Origin: Actinomycetota bacterium
GTDB lineage: Bacteria > Actinomycetota > Actinomycetes > Nanopelagicales > Nanopelagicaceae
Direction: 5' to 3'
DNA: 64,000 bases
Assembly (NCBI GenBank): GCA_046052045.1
Contig: JBJONB010000002.1
Location: 7,846-71,845 of the forward strand
A program made the position numbers and the translations under genes. The stretch's first letter is position 1; each line of letters opens with the position of its first letter. Below, in pieces: positions 52,612 to 62,677 of the stretch. The notes under the pieces were generated by a model, which saw only the letters and a program-made list of their open reading frames with translations, did no database searches and had not been told where the DNA came from.

Positions 52612-53490
52612 TTATGCCGCTTTACGAACCACTGAAAGTCGGATGCGCCACGCTGCGATCCACACGAGTACTGAACCAAGTAAATGAAGGACTACAAGCC
52701 CTTCGGGAACTCCGAGGAAATATTGAATGTAACCAAGACCGCCTTGTGCAATTGCAAGAACGAGAAAAATTCTTAGCCAACGCTTAGTCTCGAAATTTAA
52801 ACTCTTTGAAGAAAGGAAAACAATCGTTATACCCATCAATAACCAAACTGAAAGGCTGTGAAAGCGAGTGATTGTGGAGATTGCAAAATCTAAACGGGGC
52901 GCATCAACATCACCGGCATGAGGACCGCTACCAGTAACCAAGGTTCCGATACTGATTGCGATAAATGCGACGTTGATGTGTGCAAGTGATAGACGTGAAA
53001 TTCGAACTTGCGTAGATGAAGTACGCACATATGGATGATGACGTCGGGAATGTAGAGATGTTGCTGCCGCGATGAGAAGAATGGAGAGAAGCAGATGCGA
53101 ACCAACTGCTAACGGGTTGAGATCAGTTAAAACTGTAATCCCACCCAAAACGCCTTGACCGAGAATTCCAAGCACTTGTGTTGCTCCAAGGAATCTGAGA
53201 TCGCGGCGTCCAGCTCGGAGGATTGCGATGACGGTTGCAAGTGCTGCAAAGAGGAGCGCGAAGGTAAGTAATCTATTTCCAAATTCAATCCATGCGTGCA
53301 ACGCACCTTCAGCCTGTCCAGGAACCGGTGTGTATGAGCCTGGTGTGCACTCAGGCCAAGTGGGACATCCAAGTCCAGAACCAGTTACTCGAACTGCGCC
53401 TCCAGTAATAACGAGGGCAGATTGAAGAAAGAGGAGTAATCCAGAGAGCGCTGGAAGGGCTCGGGTTGCTAACGATCTGCTTCGGCTCAC
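52612..53490 (-). CDS. ctaA: heme A synthase (COX15/CtaA family)
   Basis: GGAVRVTGSGLGCPTWPEC, WIEFGNR and GSGPHAGD motifs; about 8 TMs. Confidence 0.88.
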   Translation of the reverse strand: MSRSRSLATRALPALSGLLLFLQSALVITGGAVRVTGSGLGCPTWPECTPGSYTPVPGQAEGALHAWIEFGNRLLTFALLFAALATVIAILRAGRRDLRFLGATQVLGILGQGVLGGITVLTDLNPLAVGSHLLLSILLIAAATSLHSRRHHPYVRTSSTQVRISRLSLAHINVAFIAISIGTLVTGSGPHAGDVDAPRLDFAISTITRFHSLSVWLLMGITIVFLSSKSLNFETKRWLRIFLVLAIAQGGLGYIQYFLGVPEGLVVLHLLGSVLVWIAAWRIRLSVVRKAA

Positions 53491-53496
53491 GCTCGT

Positions 53497-53502
53497 AGCC
53501 TA
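53497..53502 (-). promoter_or_regulatory. putative -10 (TAGGCT) for leaderless ctaA
   Basis: Minus-strand TAGGCT-N6-GTG. Confidence 0.55.
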
Positions 53503-53552
53503 TGACCCGTAGCCACACGGCGCGGACCTTTTGGATTGGCGAGGCTCAGCGA

Positions 53553-53579
53553 ATTACGACACAATACTGTTGTGAAAAT
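53553..53579 (+). promoter_or_regulatory. putative SufR operator overlapping the sufR -10 and start codon
   Basis: Inverted repeat CACAA-N5-TTGTG (53560-53574) flanked by ATT/AAT; CACAAT-N6-GTG. Confidence 0.55.
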
Positions 53580-54243
53580 CGACGACCTCAGCACCCGCGA
53601 AGCTATCGCTCGCTCGGTCCTCGAAAATGGCCCTTCTACAGCAGTCGTTCTGGGGGAGCGCCTTGGGCTGACTCCCGCTGGGATCCGCAGACACCTCGAC
53701 CTATTGGTCGCTGACTCAATTCTTGAAGCTCGCGAACCACATCAGGCAATTAGCCGTGGGCGCGGGCGACCTTCCAAGGTATTTGTCATGACCGATTCTG
53801 GTCGCGAAAAGTTTGAACATTCTTATGACGATCTTGCAGTTGCTGCGTTGAAATTTATGTCAGCACAGTCTGGCGAACATTTAGTCAAAGCATTTGCCCA
53901 ATCTCGCGCCGACGATATCGAACGCAAAGCCACGCTCGCTCTTGCAAAACGTGCAAATAAATCAGAGGCACTTGCAACTTTCCTTACTGAACAAGGTTAC
54001 GCAACAAGCATCGAAAGCCGTCCATTAGGCGAGCAGTTGTGTCAGCACCACTGCCCAATCGCGCACGTTGCAGCCGAATTCCCACAACTCTGCGAGGCAG
54101 AGACCGAAGCTTTCTCCCGTGTTCTCGGAACACACGTACAACGTTTAGCAACTATCGCTCATGGCGATGGCGTTTGCACTACTTACATCCCCAACCTCAC
54201 CAAGCAATCTAAAAAACTAACCGCTGGAAAGGCGTCCTCATGA
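53572..54243 (+). CDS. sufR: Fe-S cluster transcriptional regulator SufR
   Basis: N-terminal wHTH ([11 protein letters not shown]...GRGRP), C-terminal Cys ligands (HHCP, QLCE, GVCT); heads the suf operon. Confidence 0.9.
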   Translation: MKIDDLSTREAIARSVLENGPSTAVVLGERLGLTPAGIRRHLDLLVADSILEAREPHQAISRGRGRPSKVFVMTDSGREKFEHSYDDLAVAALKFMSAQSGEHLVKAFAQSRADDIERKATLALAKRANKSEALATFLTEQGYATSIESRPLGEQLCQHHCPIAHVAAEFPQLCEAETEAFSRVLGTHVQRLATIAHGDGVCTTYIPNLTKQSKKLTAGKASS

Positions 54244-55649
54244 CAACAGCACACCCAGAGCTCGAAGGCCTCGGAAATTACGAATACGGTTGGTCAGATA
54301 ATAATGAGGCCAGCTCTAACGCTAAGCGCGGACTCAGCGAAGAAGTTGTTCGTGACATCTCAGCTAAGAAGAGCGAACCACAGTGGATGCTTGACCTTCG
54401 CCTTAAGGGCTTAGATCTCTTCTATAAGAAGCCGATGCCATCATGGGGATCAGATCTCTCCGGAATCTTCTTCGACACAATCAAGTACTTCGTGCGCTCA
54501 ACTGAGAAGCAGGCGACAACATGGGATGACTTGCCTGATGACATTAAGAACACATACGACCGTCTTGGAATTCCAGAGGCTGAAAAGCAGCGCCTTGTTT
54601 CAGGTGTAGCAGCTCAGTATGAGTCAGAGGTTGTTTATCACTCAATCCGTGAAGATCTTGAGAAGCAAGGCGTTATCTTCCTTGATACAGATAGCGGCTT
54701 AAAGCAGCATCCAGAACTCTTCAAGGAGTACTTCGGTTCTGTTATTCCTGTTGGCGACAATAAGTTTGCAGCACTCAACACATCTGTTTGGTCAGGCGGA
54801 TCATTTATCTATGTACCAAAGGGTGTACATGTAGATATTCCATTGCAGGCTTACTTCCGTATTAATACAGAGAATATGGGTCAGTTCGAACGCACGCTGA
54901 TTATTGCGGACGAAGATTCATACATTCACTATGTAGAAGGCTGCACAGCACCTATCTACAAGTCAGATTCACTTCACTCAGCTGTTGTTGAAATCATCGT
55001 CAAGAAGGGTGCACGTGTTCGTTACACAACCATCCAAAACTGGTCGAACAACGTTTACAACTTGGTAACAAAGCGCGCAACATGTGCAGAAGGTGCAACC
55101 ATGGAATGGGTCGATGGAAATATCGGCTCGAAGGTCACCATGAAATACCCAGCTGTTATGTTGATGGGTCCACATGCAAAGGGTGAAACACTTTCACTCG
55201 CATTTGCAGGCCCTGGTCAGCACCAAGATTCAGGAGCGAAGATGGTTCACGCAGCTCCTTACACATCATCTTCAGTTATCTCTAAATCTGTAGCTCGCGG
55301 TGGCGGACGTACTTCATACCGTGGACTTGTTCAGGTTCAAGAAGGCGCTCACCACTCTGCAAGCACAGTTAAGTGCGATGCACTTCTTGTCGACACAATT
55401 TCTCGTTCAGATACCTATCCATATGTAGATATTCGCGAAGATGATGTTTCTATGGGTCACGAAGCAACCGTTTCGAAGATCTCTGATGATCAACTCTTTT
55501 ATCTCATGTCACGTGGGCTCAATGAAGATGAAGCTATGGCGATGATTGTTCGTGGATTTATCGAACCAATCGCGCGCGAACTTCCTATGGAGTACGCACT
55601 CGAACTCAATCGCCTCATCGAACTTCAGATGGAAGGCGCAGTCGGATAA
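54240..55649 (+). CDS. sufB: Fe-S assembly protein SufB
   Basis: [26 protein letters not shown] and HEATVSK motifs; no intein. Confidence 0.97.
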   Translation: MTTAHPELEGLGNYEYGWSDNNEASSNAKRGLSEEVVRDISAKKSEPQWMLDLRLKGLDLFYKKPMPSWGSDLSGIFFDTIKYFVRSTEKQATTWDDLPDDIKNTYDRLGIPEAEKQRLVSGVAAQYESEVVYHSIREDLEKQGVIFLDTDSGLKQHPELFKEYFGSVIPVGDNKFAALNTSVWSGGSFIYVPKGVHVDIPLQAYFRINTENMGQFERTLIIADEDSYIHYVEGCTAPIYKSDSLHSAVVEIIVKKGARVRYTTIQNWSNNVYNLVTKRATCAEGATMEWVDGNIGSKVTMKYPAVMLMGPHAKGETLSLAFAGPGQHQDSGAKMVHAAPYTSSSVISKSVARGGGRTSYRGLVQVQEGAHHSASTVKCDALLVDTISRSDTYPYVDIREDDVSMGHEATVSKISDDQLFYLMSRGLNEDEAMAMIVRGFIEPIARELPMEYALELNRLIELQMEGAVG

Positions 55650-56740
55650 TGTCTACATTGCAATCAAACCTTCTTGAAAACCATACGCCTACGGGCCGTG
55701 AAGAAGCTTGGCGCTTTACACCGCTCAAGCGTCTAGGTGGAATGCACGATGGAACAGCAACTGCTGTCGAACGTAATTCACTTGCTGTTAAGGGTTCACT
55801 GCCAACAGGGGCAACATTTACACATCAGGATATCGAAGCTGTTACCGAGAGCGATGATGCAATTGTTAACCGTATTCGCCAGTTCACAAGCAAAGGCGCA
55901 GTTCTTGCAATTGCTGCCAACGCGGAGATTGCAGAACCCATCTTCCTTAATCGCGCAGCTTTCGGCACAGATTCAGCAGAACTCTCACGCGTACTGATCA
56001 AAGCTGGCAACCACTCGAAATCAGTAGTTGTCATCGAAAACTCAGGCGATATGCACCTCGCTGAAGACCTTGAAATCGTGGTCGAACCAGGTGCTCACCT
56101 GACTCTCATTGCTCTACAAGAGTGGGGCTCAAAGACCATTCATGCAGCGCGTCACCATGCAATCGTCGATCGCGATGCCACATTTAAATCAATCGTCGTA
56201 ACTGTCGGGGGAGATGTCGTTCGTCTACTTCCAACTGTTGATTTTATTGCACCGGGTGCATCATGTGATCTCTCAGGTGTTTACTTTGCAACAGCCGGCC
56301 AATTCTTCGAACACCGCATGTTCGTTGACCACAAGGTCCCAAATGCAAAGTCACGCGTTAACTACAAGGGCGCACTTGCTGGCGATAAGGCACATACTGT
56401 CTGGATTGGCGATGTATTTATCCGCGCAGCAGCTGAAGGCACTGATACCTATGAGCTCAACCGCAACTTGTTGCTCTCTGATGGAGCACGCGCGGATTCA
56501 GTTCCTAACCTCGAAATCGAGACTGGTGAAATCGTAGGTGCGGGTCACGCTTCTACAACTGGTCGCTTCGATGATGAACAACTCTTCTACTTGATGTCAC
56601 GTGGAATCAATATGGATGATGCACGTCGTCTCGTTGTTCGCGGCTTCTTTAATGAGATTGTCTCTGAAATCGGCATCGAAGAAGTTCAGGAGCGCATCAT
56701 GGCTCGCATTGATGATGAACTTGCAAAGGCAGGTAAGTAG
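55649..56740 (+). CDS. sufD: Fe-S assembly protein SufD
   Basis: EEAWRFTP, SVPNLEI, AGHASTTG and FYLMSRG motifs. Confidence 0.94.
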   Translation: MSTLQSNLLENHTPTGREEAWRFTPLKRLGGMHDGTATAVERNSLAVKGSLPTGATFTHQDIEAVTESDDAIVNRIRQFTSKGAVLAIAANAEIAEPIFLNRAAFGTDSAELSRVLIKAGNHSKSVVVIENSGDMHLAEDLEIVVEPGAHLTLIALQEWGSKTIHAARHHAIVDRDATFKSIVVTVGGDVVRLLPTVDFIAPGASCDLSGVYFATAGQFFEHRMFVDHKVPNAKSRVNYKGALAGDKAHTVWIGDVFIRAAAEGTDTYELNRNLLLSDGARADSVPNLEIETGEIVGAGHASTTGRFDDEQLFYLMSRGINMDDARRLVVRGFFNEIVSEIGIEEVQERIMARIDDELAKAGK

Positions 56741-57037
56741 ATGTCAGATCTCACTTTCTCATCACTCCAATCGGGCAAGCCTGTTCGCATTGAAAAGAAT
56801 GGCGAATCCATCTGCGTTACTCGCGTAGGCGATGAAGTATTTGCTATTAACGACATCTGCAGCCATTCCGATGCATCCCTTTCAGAAGGCGATGTCACAG
56901 ATTTCAAGATCGAATGCTGGCTTCATGGAGCTGAGTTCGATCTACGCACAGGAGAGGCGTTAACACCTCCTGCAGTAGCCCCAGTAAAGACCTATTCAGT
57001 AACTGTCGACGGAGACTCCGTCACGGTAGAGATGTAA
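56741..57037 (+). CDS. Rieske-type [2Fe-2S] ferredoxin
   Basis: CSH...CWLHG motif. Confidence 0.92.
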   Translation: MSDLTFSSLQSGKPVRIEKNGESICVTRVGDEVFAINDICSHSDASLSEGDVTDFKIECWLHGAEFDLRTGEALTPPAVAPVKTYSVTVDGDSVTVEM

Positions 57038-57048
57038 CGGAGATAGAT

Positions 57049-57801
57049 ATGAGCACTCTAGAAATTCGCGGATTGAAAGTATCTGTCGATACCGAACAAG
57101 GTTCGATTGAAATCCTTAAAGGCGTAGACCTCACCATCAAGTCAGGTGAAACACACGCAATCATGGGACCAAATGGTTCAGGCAAGTCAACACTTGCTTA
57201 CTCAATCGCCGGACATCCTAAATACACAATTACAGGTGGAACAGTCACACTCGATGGCGCAGATGTTCTCGAGATGTCAGTTGATGAGCGCGCTAAAGCG
57301 GGTCTTTTCTTAGCGATGCAATACCCAGTAGAAGTTCCTGGCGTATCAGTCTCAAACTTCTTACGTACAGCAGCTACAGCACTTCGCGGAGAAGCTCCAA
57401 AGCTTCGCGAGTGGGTTGGCGAAGTAAAGAGCGCAATGGAATCACTCAAGATGGATGCATCTTTTGCGCAACGTAACGTCAATGAAGGTTTCTCAGGCGG
57501 CGAGAAGAAGCGCCACGAGATCATGCAGCTCGAGCTCCTCAAGCCGAAGTTTGCAATCCTTGATGAGACAGACTCAGGTCTAGATGTCGATGCGCTGCGA
57601 ATCGTCTCTGAAGGTGTTGTCCGCGCAAAGGCTGCCAACAACCACGGCATTCTCTTGATCACTCACTACACACGCATCTTGCGTTACATCAAGCCTGACT
57701 TCGTGCATGTATTTGCAAATGGCCGCATCGTTGAAGAAGGCGGACCAGAGCTTGCAGATAAGCTCGAAGCTAATGGTTATGCGGAGTACGTCACCGCTTA
57801 A
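57049..57801 (+). CDS. sufC: Fe-S assembly ATPase SufC
   Basis: GPNGSGKST, FSGGEKKR, DETDSGLD and ITHY motifs. Confidence 0.97.
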   Translation: MSTLEIRGLKVSVDTEQGSIEILKGVDLTIKSGETHAIMGPNGSGKSTLAYSIAGHPKYTITGGTVTLDGADVLEMSVDERAKAGLFLAMQYPVEVPGVSVSNFLRTAATALRGEAPKLREWVGEVKSAMESLKMDASFAQRNVNEGFSGGEKKRHEIMQLELLKPKFAILDETDSGLDVDALRIVSEGVVRAKAANNHGILLITHYTRILRYIKPDFVHVFANGRIVEEGGPELADKLEANGYAEYVTA

Positions 57802-57803
57802 CT

Positions 57804-59051
57804 ATGACATTTGACGCTCACGCTATCGCTAAGGATTTTCCGATTCTCAATCGGACAATCCGCGATGGCAAGCGCCTGGTTTATTTGGATTCTGGAGCAA
57901 CGAGCCAGAAACCAAATGTAGTTATCGAAGCTGAATCCAATTTCTATCGCCTTCATAACGCTGCAGTACACCGCGGTGCCCATCAATTAGCCGAGGAGGC
58001 AACCGATGCTTATGAAGGTGCGCGCACCATCGTGGCCGACTTCCTTAACGCACATGTCGATGAAGTTGTTTTCACAAAGAGCGCTACCGAATCGCTTAAC
58101 TTAGTTTCATACGCAATGGGTAACGCAGCTCCTGGAAATCGCTTCCACCTCAAAGCTGGGGATTCGATTGTAATCACCGAGATGGAACACCACGCCAACC
58201 TCATACCTTGGCAACAGCTAGCAGCGCGCACGGGTGCCAAGCTCAAGTGGTTCTCAGTTACCGATGAGGGTCGCCTTGATCTATCGAATATCGATTCAGT
58301 CATTGATTCAACGACCAAGGTTGTAGCCCTTACCCATCAATCAAATGTTCTTGGAACGATTGTGCCTCTTGATCACATCACACGCCGTGCACACGAAGTT
58401 GGCGCTGTTGTTGTGCTTGATGCATGTCAGTCAGTTCCGCATATGCCAGTTGATGTGAAAGCACTCGATATTGATTTCTTAGCATTTTCTGGACATAAGG
58501 CAGTAGGACCTACGGGAATTGGAATCTTTTGGGGCCGTTCAGAACTATTGGCTGATCTTCCGCCCTTTCTTACGGGCGGTTCAATGATCGAAAACGTCAC
58601 TATGGAATCCGCAACGTGGGCCCAGGCTCCAAAGAAATTTGAAGCGGGTGTTCCTAATATGGCGCAAGCAGTTGGTTTGGGCGCAGCACTTACCTATTTG
58701 ACGAAGATCGGCATGGATAAGATTCATAACCACGAAATTGAACTCACTTCCTATCTTCTCAAAGGGCTCTCAGAGATTAAAGATCTGCGAATCATTGGAC
58801 CAAAGACAACAGAGTTACGTGGGGGAGCTGTCTCATTCACTCTCGGAGATATTCACCCACACGATTTGGGTCAGTATCTCGATAGCCAAGGAATTGCAGT
58901 ACGTACAGGCCACCACTGCGCATGGCCTCTCACTCGCAAACTTGGAGTTCCAGCAACTACCCGCGCATCTGTCTACCTGTACAACTCAACTGATGATCTC
59001 GATGCGCTCGTTGAGGGCGTACAAGGCGCACAGAAATACTTTGGTCGCTAA
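57804..59051 (+). CDS. sufS: cysteine desulfurase SufS
   Basis: YLDSGATSQKP, EHHAN, SGHK and RTGHHCA motifs. Confidence 0.96.
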   Translation: MTFDAHAIAKDFPILNRTIRDGKRLVYLDSGATSQKPNVVIEAESNFYRLHNAAVHRGAHQLAEEATDAYEGARTIVADFLNAHVDEVVFTKSATESLNLVSYAMGNAAPGNRFHLKAGDSIVITEMEHHANLIPWQQLAARTGAKLKWFSVTDEGRLDLSNIDSVIDSTTKVVALTHQSNVLGTIVPLDHITRRAHEVGAVVVLDACQSVPHMPVDVKALDIDFLAFSGHKAVGPTGIGIFWGRSELLADLPPFLTGGSMIENVTMESATWAQAPKKFEAGVPNMAQAVGLGAALTYLTKIGMDKIHNHEIELTSYLLKGLSEIKDLRIIGPKTTELRGGAVSFTLGDIHPHDLGQYLDSQGIAVRTGHHCAWPLTRKLGVPATTRASVYLYNSTDDLDALVEGVQGAQKYFGR

Positions 59052-59494
59052 TGCAACTAGATAATCTCTATCAAGAGGTAATTCTTGATCACTACAAGAA
59101 TCCACAGAACAAGAAGCTCAATCAAGTCTTCGATGCTCAGGTGCACCACATTAATCCAAGTTGCGGTGATGAAATCACTCTCAATGTGACGCTCGATGGC
59201 CAAACAGTGAAGAGCGTTTCTTGGGATGGAGTCGGTTGCTCTATTTCTCAGGCAAGTGTTTCAATCTTGACTGATCTCTTGATCGGCAAAGACCTCACTC
59301 AGGCACAAGTGATTGCTGATTCCTTTATGCACTTAATGCAGAGCAAGGGCACTGAAAAGGGAGATGAAAACCTTCTCGAAGATGCCGTAGCCCTCGCTGG
59401 CGTTTCGCAATATCCAGCGCGTATTAAGTGCGCTCTCCTTGGGTGGATGGCCTTTAAAGATGCGAGTGTTCAGGCGCTGGCTAAGCAGAATTAA
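59051..59494 (+). CDS. sufU: SUF system NifU-family protein SufU
   Basis: LYQEVILDHY, NPSCGD, GCSISQAS and RIKCA motifs. Confidence 0.94.
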   Translation: MQLDNLYQEVILDHYKNPQNKKLNQVFDAQVHHINPSCGDEITLNVTLDGQTVKSVSWDGVGCSISQASVSILTDLLIGKDLTQAQVIADSFMHLMQSKGTEKGDENLLEDAVALAGVSQYPARIKCALLGWMAFKDASVQALAKQN

Positions 59495-59514
59495 CGAGCA
59501 CCGTAAAAAGAAAG

Positions 59515-59520
59515 TAGGAT
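59515..59520 (+). promoter_or_regulatory. putative -10 (TAGGAT) for leaderless sufT
   Basis: TAGGAT-N6-ATG. Confidence 0.5.
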
Positions 59521-59526
59521 GACCAC

Positions 59527-59838
59527 ATGGTTGCAAAGATTGAAGATATCAACGAGGCGATGAAAGATGTTGTCGACCCAGAACTCGGTATCAACGTTGT
59601 TGACCTCGGGCTTATCTACGACATGATGGTCGACGATAACAACATCGCCGTTCTCAATATGACTCTTACATCGGCTGCTTGCCCACTTCAAGATGTCATT
59701 GAAGATCAAACTCGTCAGGCACTTGCTCCATTTACCGACGATGTGAAGATCAACTGGGTATGGATGCCACCTTGGGGTCCTGACAAGATTTCAGACGATG
59801 GTCGCGAACAACTTCGCGCTCTCGGCTTCACTGTCTGA
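59527..59838 (+). CDS. sufT: DUF59 metal-sulfur cluster assembly factor (SufT)
   Basis: VVDPELGINVVDLGLIY, MTLTSAACP and WMPPW motifs. Confidence 0.9.
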   Translation: MVAKIEDINEAMKDVVDPELGINVVDLGLIYDMMVDDNNIAVLNMTLTSAACPLQDVIEDQTRQALAPFTDDVKINWVWMPPWGPDKISDDGREQLRALGFTV

Positions 59839-59844
59839 TCCGCT

Positions 59845-59850
59845 TAAACT
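59845..59850 (+). promoter_or_regulatory. putative -10 (TAAACT) for the leaderless ABC exporter
   Basis: TAAACT-N6-ATG. Confidence 0.55.
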
Positions 59851-59856
59851 TTTCTT

Positions 59857-61722
59857 ATGTCACAACATGCAGTCTGGATGACCTTTCGGTCGATGACTGC
59901 AGATCCATCGGTTAAATCTCAGAAGTTAAAGCCGGGGACAATCAAACGAATAATCTCCTATGGTCGTCCCTACAAATCCCAAATCACTATATTCCTCATA
60001 ACGGTGGTGATTGAGGCGCTTCTGGTTATTTCATCACCTCTATTACTGCGCGAACTCATTGATAAAGGTGTCATTCCAAAAGATCCTGGTCTAGTAACTA
60101 AGTTAGCTCTTGCCGTCGGACTTCTTGCCGTCGTCGACGCCTTCTTTAATATCTTCGGCCGTTGGTATTCAGCGCGAATCGGCGAAGGACTTATCTACGA
60201 TCTACGCTCTCAAGTCTTCGCTCATATTCAGCGCCAATCGATTGCATTCTTTACGCGCACGCAGACAGGTGCCCTCATATCGCGTATCAACTCTGATGTC
60301 ATGGGCGCTCAACAAGCTTTCACCGGAACTCTCTCTGGCGTTGTCAGCAATGTGGTCTCACTCGTCCTGGTTGTTACGACAATGCTGATACTTTCTTGGC
60401 AAATTACAGTTGTTTCACTCTTGCTCTTACCCGTCTTCTTACTTCCAACGAAATGGGTCGGAAAGCGAATTCAGGCTCTGACTCGTGATGCCTTCAATCT
60501 CAATGCCACCATGTCGAGCACAATGACAGAGCGCTTCAATGTCTCTGGCGCACTGCTAGTCAACCTCTATGGAAAGCCAGCGAAGGAAGAGAACTTCTTC
60601 CGCACACGAGCAAGAAAAGTCGCTGACATCGGAATTCAGACGGCGATGCTTAACCGAGTCTTCTTCGTTGGAATTACCAGCGTTGCAGCTGTTGCCACTG
60701 CTTTTGCATATGGCATCGGTGGCCACCTTGCCATCAGTGGATCAATCTCCGTTGGAACTTTGCTTGCGATTACTGCTCTATTGGCTCGTCTCTATGGGCC
60801 ACTTACAGCGCTCTCAAATGTTCGTATCGACGTAATGACAGCACTTGTCTCATTTGAACGAGTATTTGAAGTTCTCGACCTACATCCCATGATCACCGAT
60901 AAACCGAACGCAAAAGTTCTCAGTAAGAAGAATTTGCAGATTGATTTCGAAGATGTTGTCTTCACCTACCCAAGAGCGGAAGAGATCTCACTCGCATCTC
61001 TCGAATCCGCAGCTAAACCAGAAACTATCGATAGCGGTGAAGTTCTTAAAGGCATTTCATTTACAGCTCCCGCAGGCACGTTGACAGCCATAGTTGGTCC
61101 ATCAGGTGCCGGCAAGACAACCATGAGCGCCTTGCTCCCGCGGTTGTATGACGTAACCCGTGGTGCAATCAAAATTGATTGTCAAGATATCCGTGACTTC
61201 ACCGTCCAATCACTGAGAGATTCCATCGGTGTAGTCATGCAAGATGCGCATCTATTCCACGAGACCATCGCCGAAAACCTGCGCTATGCAAAAGAAGATG
61301 CAACTGAAGCTGAAATGATTGAAGCGTGCAAGGCGGCACAAATCTGGGAACTTGTCTCATCCTTGCCAAATGGCTTCGACACAATGGTGGGCGAACGAGG
61401 ACATCGTCTGTCAGGCGGAGAGAAGCAGCGTCTAGCGATTGCACGACTTCTTCTTAAGGCCCCTGCGATAGTCATTCTCGATGAAGCAACTGCTCACCTT
61501 GATTCTGAGAATGAATCCCTCGTTCAGGCAGCACTTAAGGAAGCGCTCAAAGGTCGCACATCAATTGTTATTGCGCACAGACTGAGCACTGTGATGGAAG
61601 CCGATCAGATACTGGTTCTTGAGAAGGGTCTTATCGTCGAACGGGGCAAGCACGAAGAGTTGATTACAACTAACGGCCTTTACTCAGAGCTCTTTAACCG
61701 ACAGGACCTCACGGCGAATTAA
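59857..61722 (+). CDS. ABC exporter, fused TMD-NBD half transporter
   Basis: N-terminal TMs; GPSGAGKT, LSGGEKQR, DEATAHLD and IAHRLST motifs. Confidence 0.93.
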   Translation: MSQHAVWMTFRSMTADPSVKSQKLKPGTIKRIISYGRPYKSQITIFLITVVIEALLVISSPLLLRELIDKGVIPKDPGLVTKLALAVGLLAVVDAFFNIFGRWYSARIGEGLIYDLRSQVFAHIQRQSIAFFTRTQTGALISRINSDVMGAQQAFTGTLSGVVSNVVSLVLVVTTMLILSWQITVVSLLLLPVFLLPTKWVGKRIQALTRDAFNLNATMSSTMTERFNVSGALLVNLYGKPAKEENFFRTRARKVADIGIQTAMLNRVFFVGITSVAAVATAFAYGIGGHLAISGSISVGTLLAITALLARLYGPLTALSNVRIDVMTALVSFERVFEVLDLHPMITDKPNAKVLSKKNLQIDFEDVVFTYPRAEEISLASLESAAKPETIDSGEVLKGISFTAPAGTLTAIVGPSGAGKTTMSALLPRLYDVTRGAIKIDCQDIRDFTVQSLRDSIGVVMQDAHLFHETIAENLRYAKEDATEAEMIEACKAAQIWELVSSLPNGFDTMVGERGHRLSGGEKQRLAIARLLLKAPAIVILDEATAHLDSENESLVQAALKEALKGRTSIVIAHRLSTVMEADQILVLEKGLIVERGKHEELITTNGLYSELFNRQDLTAN

Positions 61723-62406
61723 GTACCGGCCATAAACAACGAGGCCACCGAAGAACACCCACTGCAGTGCATAGGCCATGTGTGGTCCATCCGAAAGTTC
61801 AGGCAGTTGCGCAGGAACGGCCGGAGTAAGTGAGCTTTCAGATCCTTCAAGTAAATCTATATAGAAGTTTTCCGATGTTGAATTTGATTGAGCATTGGCC
61901 TTCGATATCAACCCGTCGCTCTTATTGGCAGGAAGTGCGAAGAAGGAGCCTCGAGGCAGCGAAGAGTCAAGACGCAAGCGACCCACGATTGCGATCTGAC
62001 CAGTTGGAAGCTCTGGGAGTTTTGGTGCAGTCATAGCATTGATGCCGGCTTTGACCCAGCCGCAATCAACCCAGAAACTCTTTCCATCCTCTGATGTAAA
62101 TCGCGTGAGTAATTCAAAGCCGTAGACACCTTCGAAATACCTATTGCGAAGCAAGATCTGTTTACTCACATCAAATCGACCTGATACCGATACAGGTTTC
62201 CATTCGTGCTTGGTTGGCTCAGATTGAACTCGAGTAAGAGGAATAGGCGGAAGCGAAGAGTTAGTCTCGATGATTGAGTTTCGTGTGTGTCGGTCAACTC
62301 CACGATGGAATTGCCACTGTGCGGCCCATAAACAAGCTGCGATTAAGAGAAGGGCTACAAACGATTTGAGAAGCGAGAACTTCTCTTTCTGTTGAGACTT
62401 ACTCAA
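61684..62406 (-). CDS. SURF1-family cytochrome oxidase biogenesis protein
   Basis: WAAQWQFHR, WVDCGWV and HMAYALQW motifs; two terminal TMs. Confidence 0.88.
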   Translation of the reverse strand: MSKSQQKEKFSLLKSFVALLLIAACLWAAQWQFHRGVDRHTRNSIIETNSSLPPIPLTRVQSEPTKHEWKPVSVSGRFDVSKQILLRNRYFEGVYGFELLTRFTSEDGKSFWVDCGWVKAGINAMTAPKLPELPTGQIAIVGRLRLDSSLPRGSFFALPANKSDGLISKANAQSNSTSENFYIDLLEGSESSLTPAVPAQLPELSDGPHMAYALQWVFFGGLVVYGRYLIRREVLSVKEL

Positions 62407-62671
62407 TTCCTCGCGGCCTCTTCTTCAAGATGGCTGCTCCTGGAAGTACGGTTTCACGGCCGGCATTTGCAACTACTACTGCAATATAGGGAAGCACTAC
62501 GGCACCGAGAAGAGCGATCCAGCGATATGGGCTTGGGAGAACGACGGTGAGAATAAAGCACGCAGTACGCAACATCATTGAAAAGAAATAGCGACGTTGT
62601 CTCGTAGACTGGTCAGTAGTTAAGCCTTTAGGCGCACTTGTGATGTCGTAAACGTCATCTTCTTTAGCCAT
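62399..62671 (-). CDS. DUF3099-family small membrane protein
   Basis: ITSAP...R.RRY..SM.LRTACF and LPYIAVVVANAG motifs; typical position divergent from fabG. Confidence 0.8.
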   Translation of the reverse strand: MAKEDDVYDITSAPKGLTTDQSTRQRRYFFSMMLRTACFILTVVLPSPYRWIALLGAVVLPYIAVVVANAGRETVLPGAAILKKRPRGIE

Positions 62672-62677
62672 AGCGCA

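Noticed and set aside
52602-52679. ORF-track N-terminal extension of tkt
   Set aside because: A strong SD AAGGAG precedes the ATG at 52601; the extension overlaps ctaA
54240-55649. Possible intein in sufB (or dnaE)
   Set aside because: Protein lengths are normal and no intein splice motifs or insertions were seen
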